A DNA stretch of 64,000 nucleotides from an uncultured virus (IMG/VR IMGVR_UViG_3300031784_002630). Its lineage: Duplodnaviria > Heunggongvirae > Uroviricota > Caudoviricetes. Position numbers and translations under genes: made by a program. Under the pieces are notes generated by a model. The model saw only the letters and a program-made list of their open reading frames with translations, searched no databases and had not been told where the DNA came from. This document shows positions 1-8,963 of this stretch, one piece after another. The stretch lies in the IMG/VR virus record IMGVR_UViG_3300031784_002630, positions 1 through 64,000 of that record. One strand, written 5' to 3'. Positions within the stretch are counted from its first letter, which is position 1; every line of letters starts with the position of its first letter.

Positions 1-1811
1 CTTACTCTAACAATATAATATGTTGTACCATCTATAACTTCTTCATTAACGTCACCATCATAACTACTTAAACTAACACCATAACCGTCTGAATCAACAA
101 CACTTTCAATAAGTTCTTCCTTATTAATAAAATCATGGTCAATAATCCATTGAAAATAATCCATACCCATAAAATTACTTACAAAACTTTCTATGTTACT
201 TGTATATTGATATACTTGGTCATCAATTATTTTGTCAATATCATTTTGGTCATAGTCACCATCAGGGTTATCATTTATTTCCTCAATTTCGTCTGGTATT
301 TCTAAAAGTCTGTCTTCTATTTCAAAAATCATATCATTAAACGCATCGTATTGTTCTTCCCAATCTTCATTTCCAGTATCATACGCTTCTTTTTGAGTTT
401 CAAGTTCGTTTCTTTTGGATTCTAATTCAATTTCCTCTTGTTTTAATTTCGCAATTTCTTCTTCTTGTGAACTACTTAAGTTTTTACTATCGTCATCTAA
501 ATAAACTTCAGGATTTTCATTAACATCATGGTCAAAGAAATCTCTAATATATGACTCAACACCATCTTCGTCTATATGGTTTTCAACAAAAGAACGGTTA
601 AACCCTGCAATACCAATATCGTCCAACATGCTTTCAACCGCCTCACGTGATGCTTCTTCCATTTCACCTTCATCACCAACCGCCCATTCAGTTCCATCAA
701 CCATATTTTCAAATTGAGTTAAACCATAATGCCCGTATTGGACAGGTAATAAAACGTAAACATCCGATAATTGTTCAAATTCATCTAATTCTTCTTCTAC
801 CGCCGCCATATCCGCAATTAAGTCAGTATCTTCATATGCATTTTCTTGCGAATCATATTGTCTTTGGTATTCAGCCAATTGTCTTTTAGCACGGTCAAAT
901 TGTGCCTTAAGTTCAGGTGTCAATTCTTCTAACTCACCTATTGAAACTAAGTATTTAAACAATGCATTTGCTCTTAAACCAATGTCATCAGTGTCTTCAA
1001 TATCCCACTCATTAGTTTGTCTTCTTTGTTCGGCTAGTTCCAATTTTTGTCTTTGTATTCTTTCATTAGCCTCTCTGTTTAATCTTTGTCTTTCTTTTTC
1101 CGCTAATTCTTTGTCATTCCATATTTTAAGTTGGTCGGCAAATGTTGTACTAATGTATGAATTAATCCTTGATAATATCTTTTCTAATTTTTCGGTTCCA
1201 AAAATCCAACCTGTTCTAAATGAATCATCAGGAGCGTTATAATAAGTTTCAGTACCATCAAATTTTTTCAGTAATGCAACTTTATATGTTGGGTCCGATG
1301 TTGGTTTGGTTTTACTTACAAAGTAAAATAATTTACCGTCTTGGTTATATCTATCGTAGTGTCCTGAGTCACTAGCAGCAGTACACCATTTTGTACCTGA
1401 ACCAAAATAACAAGATGATTTATGTGTTTTAGGTGAAACAACAGTCATTTCATCATCTTCATAAACCACATCAGCATCATCAACTGTTTTAATTTCACGT
1501 CTTATACGGTTGTCATAATCATCCAACACTTTTTTAAGTGTGCTAATCTTATCATATTGGTTAATATCTTTTAAACTTAAATTTTGGCTAACAGTTGAAA
1601 ACTTTTCTAACAGTTTTACCACAATGTTTAAATCAGTATTAAAGTTTTTTGGGTTTACCACTTTACCCAAAAAGTTAAGGTATTTGTGTTGACCCGGTAA
1701 TACGTCTGACTTATCAATAATGGCACGTAATTGTTCTTCAGTAAATTTATTTGAAAACTTCTTTGCAAAATCTTCTTTTCTACCCTCCAATATAATTTGA
1801 ACTAATGACAT
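1..1811 (-). CDS. Large acidic protein with PcfJ-like 'SCYFGSGTKWCT' domain, probable internal head protein (3' end runs off the window)
   Basis: Not in the ORF track. ATG at 1811 read by hand: MSLVQIILEGRKEDF...KDINQY...PKTHKSSCYFGSGTKWCTAA. I translated the N-terminal part and checked the frame at position 1. TATTTAT motif at 1822-1828 (minus strand). Confidence 0.75.
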   Translation of the reverse strand, partial: MSLVQIILEGRKEDFAKKFSNKFTEEQLRAIIDKSDVLPGQHKYLNFLGKVVNPKNFNTDLNIVVKLLEKFSTVSQNLSLKDINQYDKISTLKKVLDDYDNRIRREIKTVDDADVVYEDDEMTVVSPKTHKSSCYFGSGTKWCTAASDSGHYDRYNQDGKLFYFVSKTKPTSDPTYKVALLKKFDGTETYYNAPDDSFRTGWIFGTEKLEKILSRINSYISTTFADQLKIWNDKELAEKERQRLNREANERIQRQKLELAEQRRQTNEWDIEDTDDIGLRANALFKYLVSIGELEELTPELKAQFDRAKRQLAEYQRQYDSQENAYEDTDLIADMAAVEEELDEFEQLSDVYVLLPVQYGHYGLTQFENMVDGTEWAVGDEGEMEEASREAVESMLDDIGIAGFNRSFVENHIDEDGVESYIRDFFDHDVNENPEVYLDDDSKNLSSSQEEEIAKLKQEEIELESKRNELETQKEAYDTGNEDWEEQYDAFNDMIFEIEDRLLEIPDEIEEINDNPDGDYDQNDIDKIIDDQVYQYTSNIESFVSNFMGMDYFQWIIDHDFINKEELIESVVDSDGYGVSLSSYDGDVNEEVIDGTTYYIVRV

Positions 1812-1897
1812 TTTTTTATTGATAAATATTCAGTTTTTACTAATATAAAAAATAAGGATAATATTTATAGTAATAAACTCAATTAAATAATACAACT

Positions 1898-2026
1898 ATG
1901 GGATGCGGATGCAAAGGTAATCAACCAGCTCAACCACCTGTTCAACAGCCTCAGACTACAAACGAAGCAGTTGCAAATGTGGTTAAAAAAACTGTTGAAA
2001 AATACTATCAACAAGTTAAAAAGTAA
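1898..2026 (+). CDS. Small 42-aa protein with N-terminal MGCGCK motif
   Basis: Hand-read ORF MGCGCKGNQPAQPPVQQPQTTNEAVANVVKKTVEKYYQQVKK. TATTTATA upstream (1862-1869) and a terminator directly downstream. Confidence 0.7.
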   Translation: MGCGCKGNQPAQPPVQQPQTTNEAVANVVKKTVEKYYQQVKK

Positions 2027-2047
2027 GTAGTGTTAAAAGAACTTTTC

Positions 2048-2076
2048 AAGGGAGGATGAAAATCTTCCCTTTTTTT
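2048..2076 (+). terminator. Rho-independent terminator
   Basis: AAGGGAGGAT-GAAA-ATCTTCCCTT hairpin followed by a T-run. Confidence 0.8.
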
Positions 2077-2089
2077 ATATTTATAATCA

Positions 2090-3133
2090 ATGGACATTGA
2101 ACAATTAATTAAGGACGGTGATACCGAAGAATTACAAACAGTTATAAAACGTTATTTTAATAACGACTACGAATTGTTTTTTAAATATGTTATAGACGAA
2201 GGTTATATTGAAATGTCAGATGATATTGATGATTCAATATATGATTTATACCCAAAAAATATTATTAAGTATTGGATGGTCAAAAACCCTGAAAAAACAA
2301 TTGATTATATAATTGACAGACATTTAATTGATGTAAAAAAAGAAGACGGAAAGTATTATATGGAATTATCTGATTTGTCAGATTTAAAATTCTTATTCCG
2401 TTCTGATGCCAAAAATTTTGTTGAATCAATTTTGTCAAATGATTACGACCCATATCATTATAGTTTTTCTGATTTTGGAATGGAACTTTCTAATTTAATT
2501 GGTGATTTAGACACAAAAAGCAAAATTGAAATGTCCAATTATTTAAGTAAACATGTGGGCCAGTTTGTTGAATATAATGGTGATGATGATACAATATCAT
2601 CCTATGTTGAGTCTGATGAATCTGGTGATATGTTTAAATTAACACAAGAAAGGTTAGAGGAAATAATGGGTGATGATGATTCTATAGCCAGTTTATTAAC
2701 TGACTCGCCTGAATTTCATGAGTTAGGATTTTTATTAACAAACGCTTATGGGGATGCGTATTCAACTGCCGAAAGAGACGCATACTATAACAAAACAATG
2801 GATGAGTTAAAAGATTTCTTTGAAACGCAAGATTTGGGATATTGGGAAACAAAAGAGGGTTTTACCTATGATAAAGAAGGTAAAAGAATTCCAAGAATGA
2901 AAGACATCTATTTTGTTAATATTACAAAGGTTATAAAACAAATGATTATAGATACTGTTGACAACAACATGTCTGATTTCGATGAGTATAACGCTTTTGA
3001 TAATTTAGGTAGTTTTGAGTGGATATTAAAAGAATATTATGCAGATGAAATTAGACTTAATTTAGATAGAGTTAGTCCTGACTACGGAGATATAGACACA
3101 TTATTTAATGAATATTTCCGAGACAATATTTAA
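2090..3133 (+). CDS. Acidic hypothetical protein
   Basis: 347-aa D/E-rich ORF; TATTTATA at 2078-2085. Confidence 0.7.
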   Translation: MDIEQLIKDGDTEELQTVIKRYFNNDYELFFKYVIDEGYIEMSDDIDDSIYDLYPKNIIKYWMVKNPEKTIDYIIDRHLIDVKKEDGKYYMELSDLSDLKFLFRSDAKNFVESILSNDYDPYHYSFSDFGMELSNLIGDLDTKSKIEMSNYLSKHVGQFVEYNGDDDTISSYVESDESGDMFKLTQERLEEIMGDDDSIASLLTDSPEFHELGFLLTNAYGDAYSTAERDAYYNKTMDELKDFFETQDLGYWETKEGFTYDKEGKRIPRMKDIYFVNITKVIKQMIIDTVDNNMSDFDEYNAFDNLGSFEWILKEYYADEIRLNLDRVSPDYGDIDTLFNEYFRDNI

Positions 3134-3163
3134 CATTTTAAATTTATCATCTACCATTGTTTC

Positions 3164-4030
3164 ATGTCAAATGAAAATGTAATCTACAACCCATATTACG
3201 GGGACAATTTATGTAATCTACTAGCGAATTCAATAGTTGAAAAAATTAAATCCGTTGACCCAAAATTATACGTCAACATATCTGTTACCAACGTAAATAG
3301 TTTTTTTATGACCTGTGGTGAAACAGAATACACAGAACCATTAGACATTACCGAAATATTCAATAGTGTCATGGAGAACGTCCCTGAACCCTTAAAAATG
3401 ATTGTTAAAGTATTTGACTTAATATCATATAATACCAAAAGAGTTTCAAGTACAATTTTATACACAGAACATTTTTCAAAATACAAAAAAACATTATCTG
3501 AAAATTTTACAAAGTATTCTGAAATACTCAAACTAAATAAAAAAGAATGTTACACCAATATCAAATGTTTTAATACGGATGTTTATATTGAAACGATTTC
3601 AAACGTAAATGAAGTAAAATTACCTAAGGGTTATATAGATTGGAAACCCAACACCAAAGTCTTTACCTCGTTACCAATTTTTGGTAAAGACTTAAACAGT
3701 GAAAAATACATTTACATGTTGTTCAGATACATCGCACATACCTTGTTTGAAGCTGGGTTGTGTAATGTTGTAAAACTATCTGTTAATACAAATAATCCTG
3801 TGGACCAATTGTATTGGGATAATGTTAACTTTGAAATTGATAGTGAATATTTCTTAACTTCAAAGAAGTGGACTGAAAGTTTAGTTTTGGATATTTTTAA
3901 CTTTGAGGTTAATAAAGTTATTGAAGATTTAAACTTAGAAGTTTATGACTTTGCCAATGAAATTCTTCACGAGAATGAAAATTACCCTTGGCTTAGAAAT
4001 GATAAGTTAAATGATATTGTACTGGTTTAA
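3164..4030 (+). CDS. Degenerate S-adenosylmethionine synthetase (MetK/MAT)-like protein
   Basis: N-terminus aligns without gaps to the MetK N-domain (GDNLC..DPK..V..GE..DITEI). C-terminal GKD..RYIA..L..AGL and YPW match the MetK C-domain. GHPDK and GAGDQG motifs are lost. Confidence 0.7.
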   Translation: MSNENVIYNPYYGDNLCNLLANSIVEKIKSVDPKLYVNISVTNVNSFFMTCGETEYTEPLDITEIFNSVMENVPEPLKMIVKVFDLISYNTKRVSSTILYTEHFSKYKKTLSENFTKYSEILKLNKKECYTNIKCFNTDVYIETISNVNEVKLPKGYIDWKPNTKVFTSLPIFGKDLNSEKYIYMLFRYIAHTLFEAGLCNVVKLSVNTNNPVDQLYWDNVNFEIDSEYFLTSKKWTESLVLDIFNFEVNKVIEDLNLEVYDFANEILHENENYPWLRNDKLNDIVLV

Positions 4031-4551
4031 ACTCGTTTGGAGTAACCAACAATTTGGTAGAAATCTTTTTTACCATCACAGTAATCCTTAACCAATTGGA
4101 GTAATGTTTTAAACATAAATGCCCCTGTGGTTTGTTTTTCACACTTGGTGAATAATTCAATAAAGGCTGTCAATGTTTCAATAGAGTAATATCCGTGTTG
4201 ATTTAAACTATCATAATCAAAAGTTGGGTAAAACAATAACTCGTAGTTATTCCTTTCATCCACACTATTAAATGGTTCGGTTCTTTCGTAATAATCCAAC
4301 ATTGTCTGAACATATTCCCCAACAATTTTTTTACTGTATTCACACTTAACTAATAGGTCAACAATCCAATGTGTGTGACTTGGTGTACGTAACCTTTGAC
4401 CTTTTGATTTGTATTTCACAATGAAATCTAAATCAGGGTTTTCACCACGAAATCCCTGATAGATTCCAATTGCCGTTCCATCACCAGTAACATAATACTT
4501 TAAAGGATTATGTCTTACGTCTTTTCCTTTTTCTTTATATGACAAGTCCAT
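4027..4551 (-). CDS. Hypothetical protein coupled to the DNA methyltransferase
   Basis: 174-aa ORF 5 nt downstream of the MTase; PSHTHW motif. Confidence 0.65.
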   Translation of the reverse strand: MDLSYKEKGKDVRHNPLKYYVTGDGTAIGIYQGFRGENPDLDFIVKYKSKGQRLRTPSHTHWIVDLLVKCEYSKKIVGEYVQTMLDYYERTEPFNSVDERNNYELLFYPTFDYDSLNQHGYYSIETLTAFIELFTKCEKQTTGAFMFKTLLQLVKDYCDGKKDFYQIVGYSKRV

Positions 4552-4556
4552 ATTGA

Positions 4557-5354
4557 TTAAAATATTTTAATTTGACTATTTTTCTTATCATAATCTTCAA
4601 GTCGTTTTAAAGACATATCAATATATTCTTGATGTATTTCAATTCCTACACAATCTCTATTTAATTTTTTCGCTGATAACAATGTGGTACCTGAACCCAA
4701 AAAAGGGTCTAATATCTTGTCCCCAACAAAAGAATAATATTTTACAATTTTATCAGAAAGTTCTTCAGGGTATGGCGCTAAATGTTTTGAGTGTGTTTCA
4801 GGATTTATATACCAAACATTACTTCTTTCATAATCATCAGTTACTAATGATTCTTTTAAGATATCTCCAGAATATGAACGGACTATTTTATCTATCAAAA
4901 AATTTGCAGGTTTTTGAAATACAAATATTGTTTCTGAAACTAAATTAGGTTTATAAGCAACCGGTTTTCTGTGTTGAAAAAACCCACCATTTCTATTTAT
5001 AGCAGAACCTTCTGGTTTAACCCATAAAATATCTTCAAGATATTTCCATCCAATTTTTTCCATTATTGAAAAAAAATGAAACGGTATTGGTAGTCTTTTG
5101 CTTTCGGAATTTCTATTAATTCTTTGGACTATTACTGGTGATAAATTAACAACGCACATGCGTCCCTCTTTAGTTATTCTGAAAACTTCCAAAAAAACTT
5201 TTTCTAAAAAAACTAAATAATCATCATATGTAGGCCATTGTGAATATGATTTAGCGTTATAATATGGTGGTGATGTCCATGTTAAATGAATAGATGAATC
5301 AAGTAATTCCTTTAATTTTAATTCACAATCACCTAAAATTATTTCATGTTTCAT
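4557..5354 (-). CDS. N4-cytosine/N6-adenine DNA methyltransferase (beta class)
   Basis: TSPPY catalytic motif precedes the LDPFLGSGTT SAM-binding motif. Confidence 0.9.
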   Translation of the reverse strand: MKHEIILGDCELKLKELLDSSIHLTWTSPPYYNAKSYSQWPTYDDYLVFLEKVFLEVFRITKEGRMCVVNLSPVIVQRINRNSESKRLPIPFHFFSIMEKIGWKYLEDILWVKPEGSAINRNGGFFQHRKPVAYKPNLVSETIFVFQKPANFLIDKIVRSYSGDILKESLVTDDYERSNVWYINPETHSKHLAPYPEELSDKIVKYYSFVGDKILDPFLGSGTTLLSAKKLNRDCVGIEIHQEYIDMSLKRLEDYDKKNSQIKIF

Positions 5355-5779
5355 TAATTAAATTTTCTACTAGTTGGTTTAGTGTTGGAACAATCTCCAT
5401 TTTCAATACTCTTACGATTATGACAAAGTTTACAATAAGTCCTTACATTGTAAATATCGTTATTATAGTGATTGCCATCTATATGGTCTAAGTCTAAGCA
5501 CCCAATTTCAAATCCATCCCAACTTTCTTTATTGGGTACAGGACATTTAAAACCTAAATGACCATCAATATTTTCACAATATTTCTTCTTATGAATTGTA
5601 ATCCCTTCTCTAATTATACCTTTTTTTCTATCGTCTTGACATTTAGAACATTCTGTTTTAAAAGACCAATTAGACCAACTTCTTACAGCAACTTTATTTT
5701 TACAACCAACATTCACACATTTAGGTAATTCATTACCCATTTCATAAAATTTGCGTTTTTGGATTTCAGAAATTTTCAT
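5354..5779 (-). CDS. HNH endonuclease with Cys-rich N-terminus
   Basis: LDLDHIDGNHYNN...NVRTYCKLCH. Start moved to MKISEIQK (5779), 4 nt after a TAnnTTTG promoter box. Confidence 0.8.
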   Translation of the reverse strand: MKISEIQKRKFYEMGNELPKCVNVGCKNKVAVRSWSNWSFKTECSKCQDDRKKGIIREGITIHKKKYCENIDGHLGFKCPVPNKESWDGFEIGCLDLDHIDGNHYNNDIYNVRTYCKLCHNRKSIENGDCSNTKPTSRKFN

Positions 5780-5783
5780 AATA

Positions 5784-5814
5784 CAAATATAGTTAAAATA
5801 TTTAAACAAACAAA
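5784..5814 (-). promoter_or_regulatory. Bacteroidota-type housekeeping promoter
   Basis: Minus strand TTTG-N19-TATATTTG. Confidence 0.7.
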
Positions 5815-5840
5815 AAACCCCAAGATTTTTCTTGGGGTTC
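5812..5840 (-). terminator. Rho-independent terminator after the glutaredoxin gene
   Basis: Minus strand GAACCCCAAGA-AAAA-TCTTGGGGTTTTTT. Confidence 0.75.
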
Positions 5841-5856
5841 ATATAATTCAGTTACC

Positions 5857-6144
5857 TTACCCGTTAATAAAGTTCTTGACTTTTTCTAACGCTTCTTCCA
5901 ACTCTTGGAAATCTCTATCGGGTGCCATTGCTGAATGTTCAACCAATTTACCATCTTTAAGTTTCACACCTAAAAGTGCTGGTACATAATCATTTTCAAC
6001 AATCTTTTGAAATTCTTCGTACTCTTCTTCGTACTCGTCAATATCTCTTACTTCATAATCAATGCCACTCTCATCAAGAAGTTTTTTCATGTCTTGACAA
6101 TGAGGACATCCCTCCATAGTAAAAAGATATAATTTAGTTATCAT
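5857..6144 (-). CDS. Glutaredoxin-like protein
   Basis: CPHC active site and YVP cis-Pro motif. Confidence 0.85.
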   Translation of the reverse strand: MITKLYLFTMEGCPHCQDMKKLLDESGIDYEVRDIDEYEEEYEEFQKIVENDYVPALLGVKLKDGKLVEHSAMAPDRDFQELEEALEKVKNFING

Positions 6145-6455
6145 AATACTTGTGCCGCTTCAATAAGAGCTTGTTCACTCATCATACCTGTTTGTGTTCT
6201 TGTGTTTTGTCCACCTGAATAAAATTTAAGGGTTGGAACCGCTCTTACACCAAGTGAACTTACAAGTTCTGAATCGCTCTCAATGTTGAATTTATAGACA
6301 CTAACGTCTGAGTTTGATTCTTTTAGTTTACTTGAAACTTTTTCAAGAATCGGTGATAATACCTTACATGGTCCACACCATGATGCATACAAATCCAAGA
6401 TGAATTTTTCATTGGATTGTAATTTTTCTTTTAGTTGTTCTGTTGTTAATTCCAT
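6141..6455 (-). CDS. trxA: Thioredoxin
   Basis: WCGPC active site and VPTL motif. Confidence 0.92.
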   Translation of the reverse strand: MELTTEQLKEKLQSNEKFILDLYASWCGPCKVLSPILEKVSSKLKESNSDVSVYKFNIESDSELVSSLGVRAVPTLKFYSGGQNTRTQTGMMSEQALIEAAQVL

Positions 6456-6465
6456 TACTTAATTA

Positions 6466-6792
6466 TTATTCTTCAAATTTAATTTTATACTTTCTCATTG
6501 TATTTGCCGCTAACGTAACCGAATCTTTTCTGGTTGCATCATATAAAAAATATAACTCAAAACTATCAACACTTCTATTCAAAAAAATGTCATAGTCAGT
6601 TGTGTTGTAATACAACTCAAATTGAGTCCCTTCACTAGTAACTCTTTCAAATACAGGTTTGGCTTTAGATTCTTTTACCAAATCAACGGATACAAATCCA
6701 TAATCCCATATTGATGCAATAGGATTTGTATGTAAATGTTTATACAAATCCAATATGTGTAAAGGGACCCCTATGTTATTATCCTTGTCCAC
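6466..6792 (-). CDS. Hypothetical protein
   Basis: 108-aa ORF within the operon (GTG start). Confidence 0.6.
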   Translation of the reverse strand: MDKDNNIGVPLHILDLYKHLHTNPIASIWDYGFVSVDLVKESKAKPVFERVTSEGTQFELYYNTTDYDIFLNRSVDSFELYFLYDATRKDSVTLAANTMRKYKIKFEE

Positions 6793-6931
6793 GTGATTTC
6801 TTCACATAATTCACTGATTTTTTATGGTTAGAAGTTTTTGTTTTAGCGTGAACGCCAGGACGAGAGATTTTTGCTTTTTCTTTGTACTTAGCAGAAAAGT
6901 TTGAGCTTGATTTTACGGGTTTCTTTGCCAT
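6779..6931 (-). CDS. Small basic protein (50 aa) ending YVKKSRGQG
   Basis: Hand-read ORF MAKKPVKSSSTFLLSTKKKAKISRPGVHAKTKTSNHKKSVNYVKKSRGQG, downstream of a promoter. Confidence 0.7.
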   Translation of the reverse strand: MAKKPVKSSSNFSAKYKEKAKISRPGVHAKTKTSNHKKSVNYVKKSRGQG

Positions 6932-6963
6932 TGTCTTATATAATTATCTATTGTTTTGTTTCA

Positions 6964-6995
6964 CAAAGTTAATACTTAAAAATTAAAAATCCAAA
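6964..6995 (-). promoter_or_regulatory. Bacteroidota-type promoter
   Basis: Minus strand TTTG-N20-TAACTTTG. Confidence 0.7.
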
Positions 6996-8650
6996 TCAAA
7001 ATTAAAATTGTTTGATGATTCAACTGTTTTGTCCCATTGTACCAATCCAATATAATATTGACCTAATTGTGAGTCATTTGGTTCTTTAAGTATCATTTTT
7101 CTTTTAACTGTCTTATTGTTAATATATTGTGTTTTCATAAACATTTCAAATGTTTCAGAGTTCAAGGCTTTATTAACTTGTCCGTCCAAAATTTCCATAA
7201 TATGATTCCAAGATTCAGGAAGTGATTTATTAAATTTACCCAAATATTGAACTCTTGTTATATTCAACTTTTTCTTTGATGGGTCATAGTTTAACATATA
7301 TTCAATTGTTCCTCTTTCCACCCCATTTGCATTTCTTAAAGAAACTATAACACTTGGACATTTATCAATATATGTTCTTACACAGTTATTTTGATATGCG
7401 CTTTCCTCATTATATTCATCAGAAGAACGTAATAACACTGGTTGGTATTCAATACCACTGAAATCATATATTGATTGTTCTACGTTGTCCACAAACCCAT
7501 CATTATAATTTCTTACATGGTACCCTTGTTTATATGTTGATATTAAAACGGACCAATTAGCATGTTCGGTTACAAAATCATCAATTGTTTTAGCGTTTAG
7601 TGAAACTTGTTCACCGTATGTTTTTAATTGGTTGTAATACATTATATGGTCGTTCAATGTATTTTGATTAATATCACCATTTAATTGCCATTTGAAGTAT
7701 GTAAATATTTTTTCTTTTTCACTTTTGGTGAAGTCATCAGGAAAATTATACATACAGTTGTTACTTGGTTGATTTAATAAATCTAATATAATTTTATTTT
7801 GATAAACTTTATCATAACCAAAATATTTTATCGTATACCTAAGAGAGTGGATATTTGTATGATTACACACATGCAAATTTTTCTTAATTTCATTACCACT
7901 AATACCGTGATGTGACATGAAGGCATCAATAAATTTTAAGTTATGTTTTTTTAAAACGTTGAATTTTGGTAAATGTTCTAAGTATTGTACATCAATAAAC
8001 GCATTAAAATTATTAGGTAATTTGACACCTTTTTTAAGTAAGGAATACCTAACTAAACTTTTAGCTAATTCAATATTATTCATATCATAGTTTATTTCAG
8101 GAAAATTATGAAATCCCAATGCGTATGAAAATTCTGATAATAAATTTCTTTTTATTGTACCATCATGAAGATTGTTTTTATATGGTGATGTAATCATTGA
8201 GAGTTGTTCTGAAATCATCCCAAGATAATTACATGGATTCTTTCTTATTACCTTTGTAAACTTTCTTTTGTTTTGATAATTTAAAATGTGACCAACATAA
8301 AAATCGCCAGTCCTTCTATTAACTGTTAAAAAATAACAATTTTTTATTTTACCAAAAAACCTAATACCAACTCTTCTATGGTAAACTGAAATAAATAATT
8401 TCAAAGATAGTTTATCACCACTTTCCTCTAAAACAATCATTTTATTTCTTTGGGTGACGGCACACATTAAATTTGAATAGTTTTCTAAAAAACTTTCTTC
8501 ATCGTGATGTGATTCCCCTGAAAGTTCAAAAATACCTTTTCGTATTTTTGATTTATCATAACCCCTATAGTTTTCAAAAACAAGATGGTCCTGATAAAGA
8601 TGAGTTTCATAACTTTTAAATTCCTGTTTAAAAATTTCTTTTTTTTCCAT
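6983..8650 (-). CDS. PcfJ domain-containing protein
   Basis: C-terminal 'EESAYQNNCVRTY...IVSLR...TIE...Q.LG..N' pattern of PcfJ-like domains. Confidence 0.75.
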   Translation of the reverse strand: MEKKEIFKQEFKSYETHLYQDHLVFENYRGYDKSKIRKGIFELSGESHHDEESFLENYSNLMCAVTQRNKMIVLEESGDKLSLKLFISVYHRRVGIRFFGKIKNCYFLTVNRRTGDFYVGHILNYQNKRKFTKVIRKNPCNYLGMISEQLSMITSPYKNNLHDGTIKRNLLSEFSYALGFHNFPEINYDMNNIELAKSLVRYSLLKKGVKLPNNFNAFIDVQYLEHLPKFNVLKKHNLKFIDAFMSHHGISGNEIKKNLHVCNHTNIHSLRYTIKYFGYDKVYQNKIILDLLNQPSNNCMYNFPDDFTKSEKEKIFTYFKWQLNGDINQNTLNDHIMYYNQLKTYGEQVSLNAKTIDDFVTEHANWSVLISTYKQGYHVRNYNDGFVDNVEQSIYDFSGIEYQPVLLRSSDEYNEESAYQNNCVRTYIDKCPSVIVSLRNANGVERGTIEYMLNYDPSKKKLNITRVQYLGKFNKSLPESWNHIMEILDGQVNKALNSETFEMFMKTQYINNKTVKRKMILKEPNDSQLGQYYIGLVQWDKTVESSNNFNFDLDF

Positions 8651-8925
8651 TAGTTTAAGAATATATCACCGTAAGGTCCTTTTAAGATAAAATTTTCAAC
8701 TTTTTCTTCAACCCTGTCTTTGGTAAGGATTAACATAATATCAATTAATTGTTTTTTGGTCAACTCTAAATCCTCACCTTTGTCATAGTTTTCTATAACC
8801 GTACCCTCAACCAATTCAAAAAACATATCCTTATCACCATCACCAATTAAATTAATTAGGTCATTTGGGTTGTTATTAAAAAATGATTTAAAGTTGGACA
8901 AATATATTTGAACATCAACATTCAT
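8650..8925 (-). CDS. Hypothetical protein
   Basis: 91-aa ORF; ATG 4 nt after a promoter box. Confidence 0.7.
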   Translation of the reverse strand: MNVDVQIYLSNFKSFFNNNPNDLINLIGDGDKDMFFELVEGTVIENYDKGEDLELTKKQLIDIMLILTKDRVEEKVENFILKGPYGDIFLN

Positions 8926-8929
8926 ACTA

Positions 8930-8960
8930 CAAAGGTAAACAAAAAAAAGGGTTAATCAAA
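8930..8960 (-). promoter_or_regulatory. Bacteroidota-type promoter
   Basis: Minus strand TTTG-N19-TACCTTTG. Confidence 0.7.
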
Positions 8961-8963
8961 AGA

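Noticed and set aside
647..1242. Plus-strand ORFs 647-889 and 982-1242, and similar short opposite-strand ORFs elsewhere
   Set aside because: They overlap longer, motif-bearing genes on the other strand or frame and show no recognisable features.
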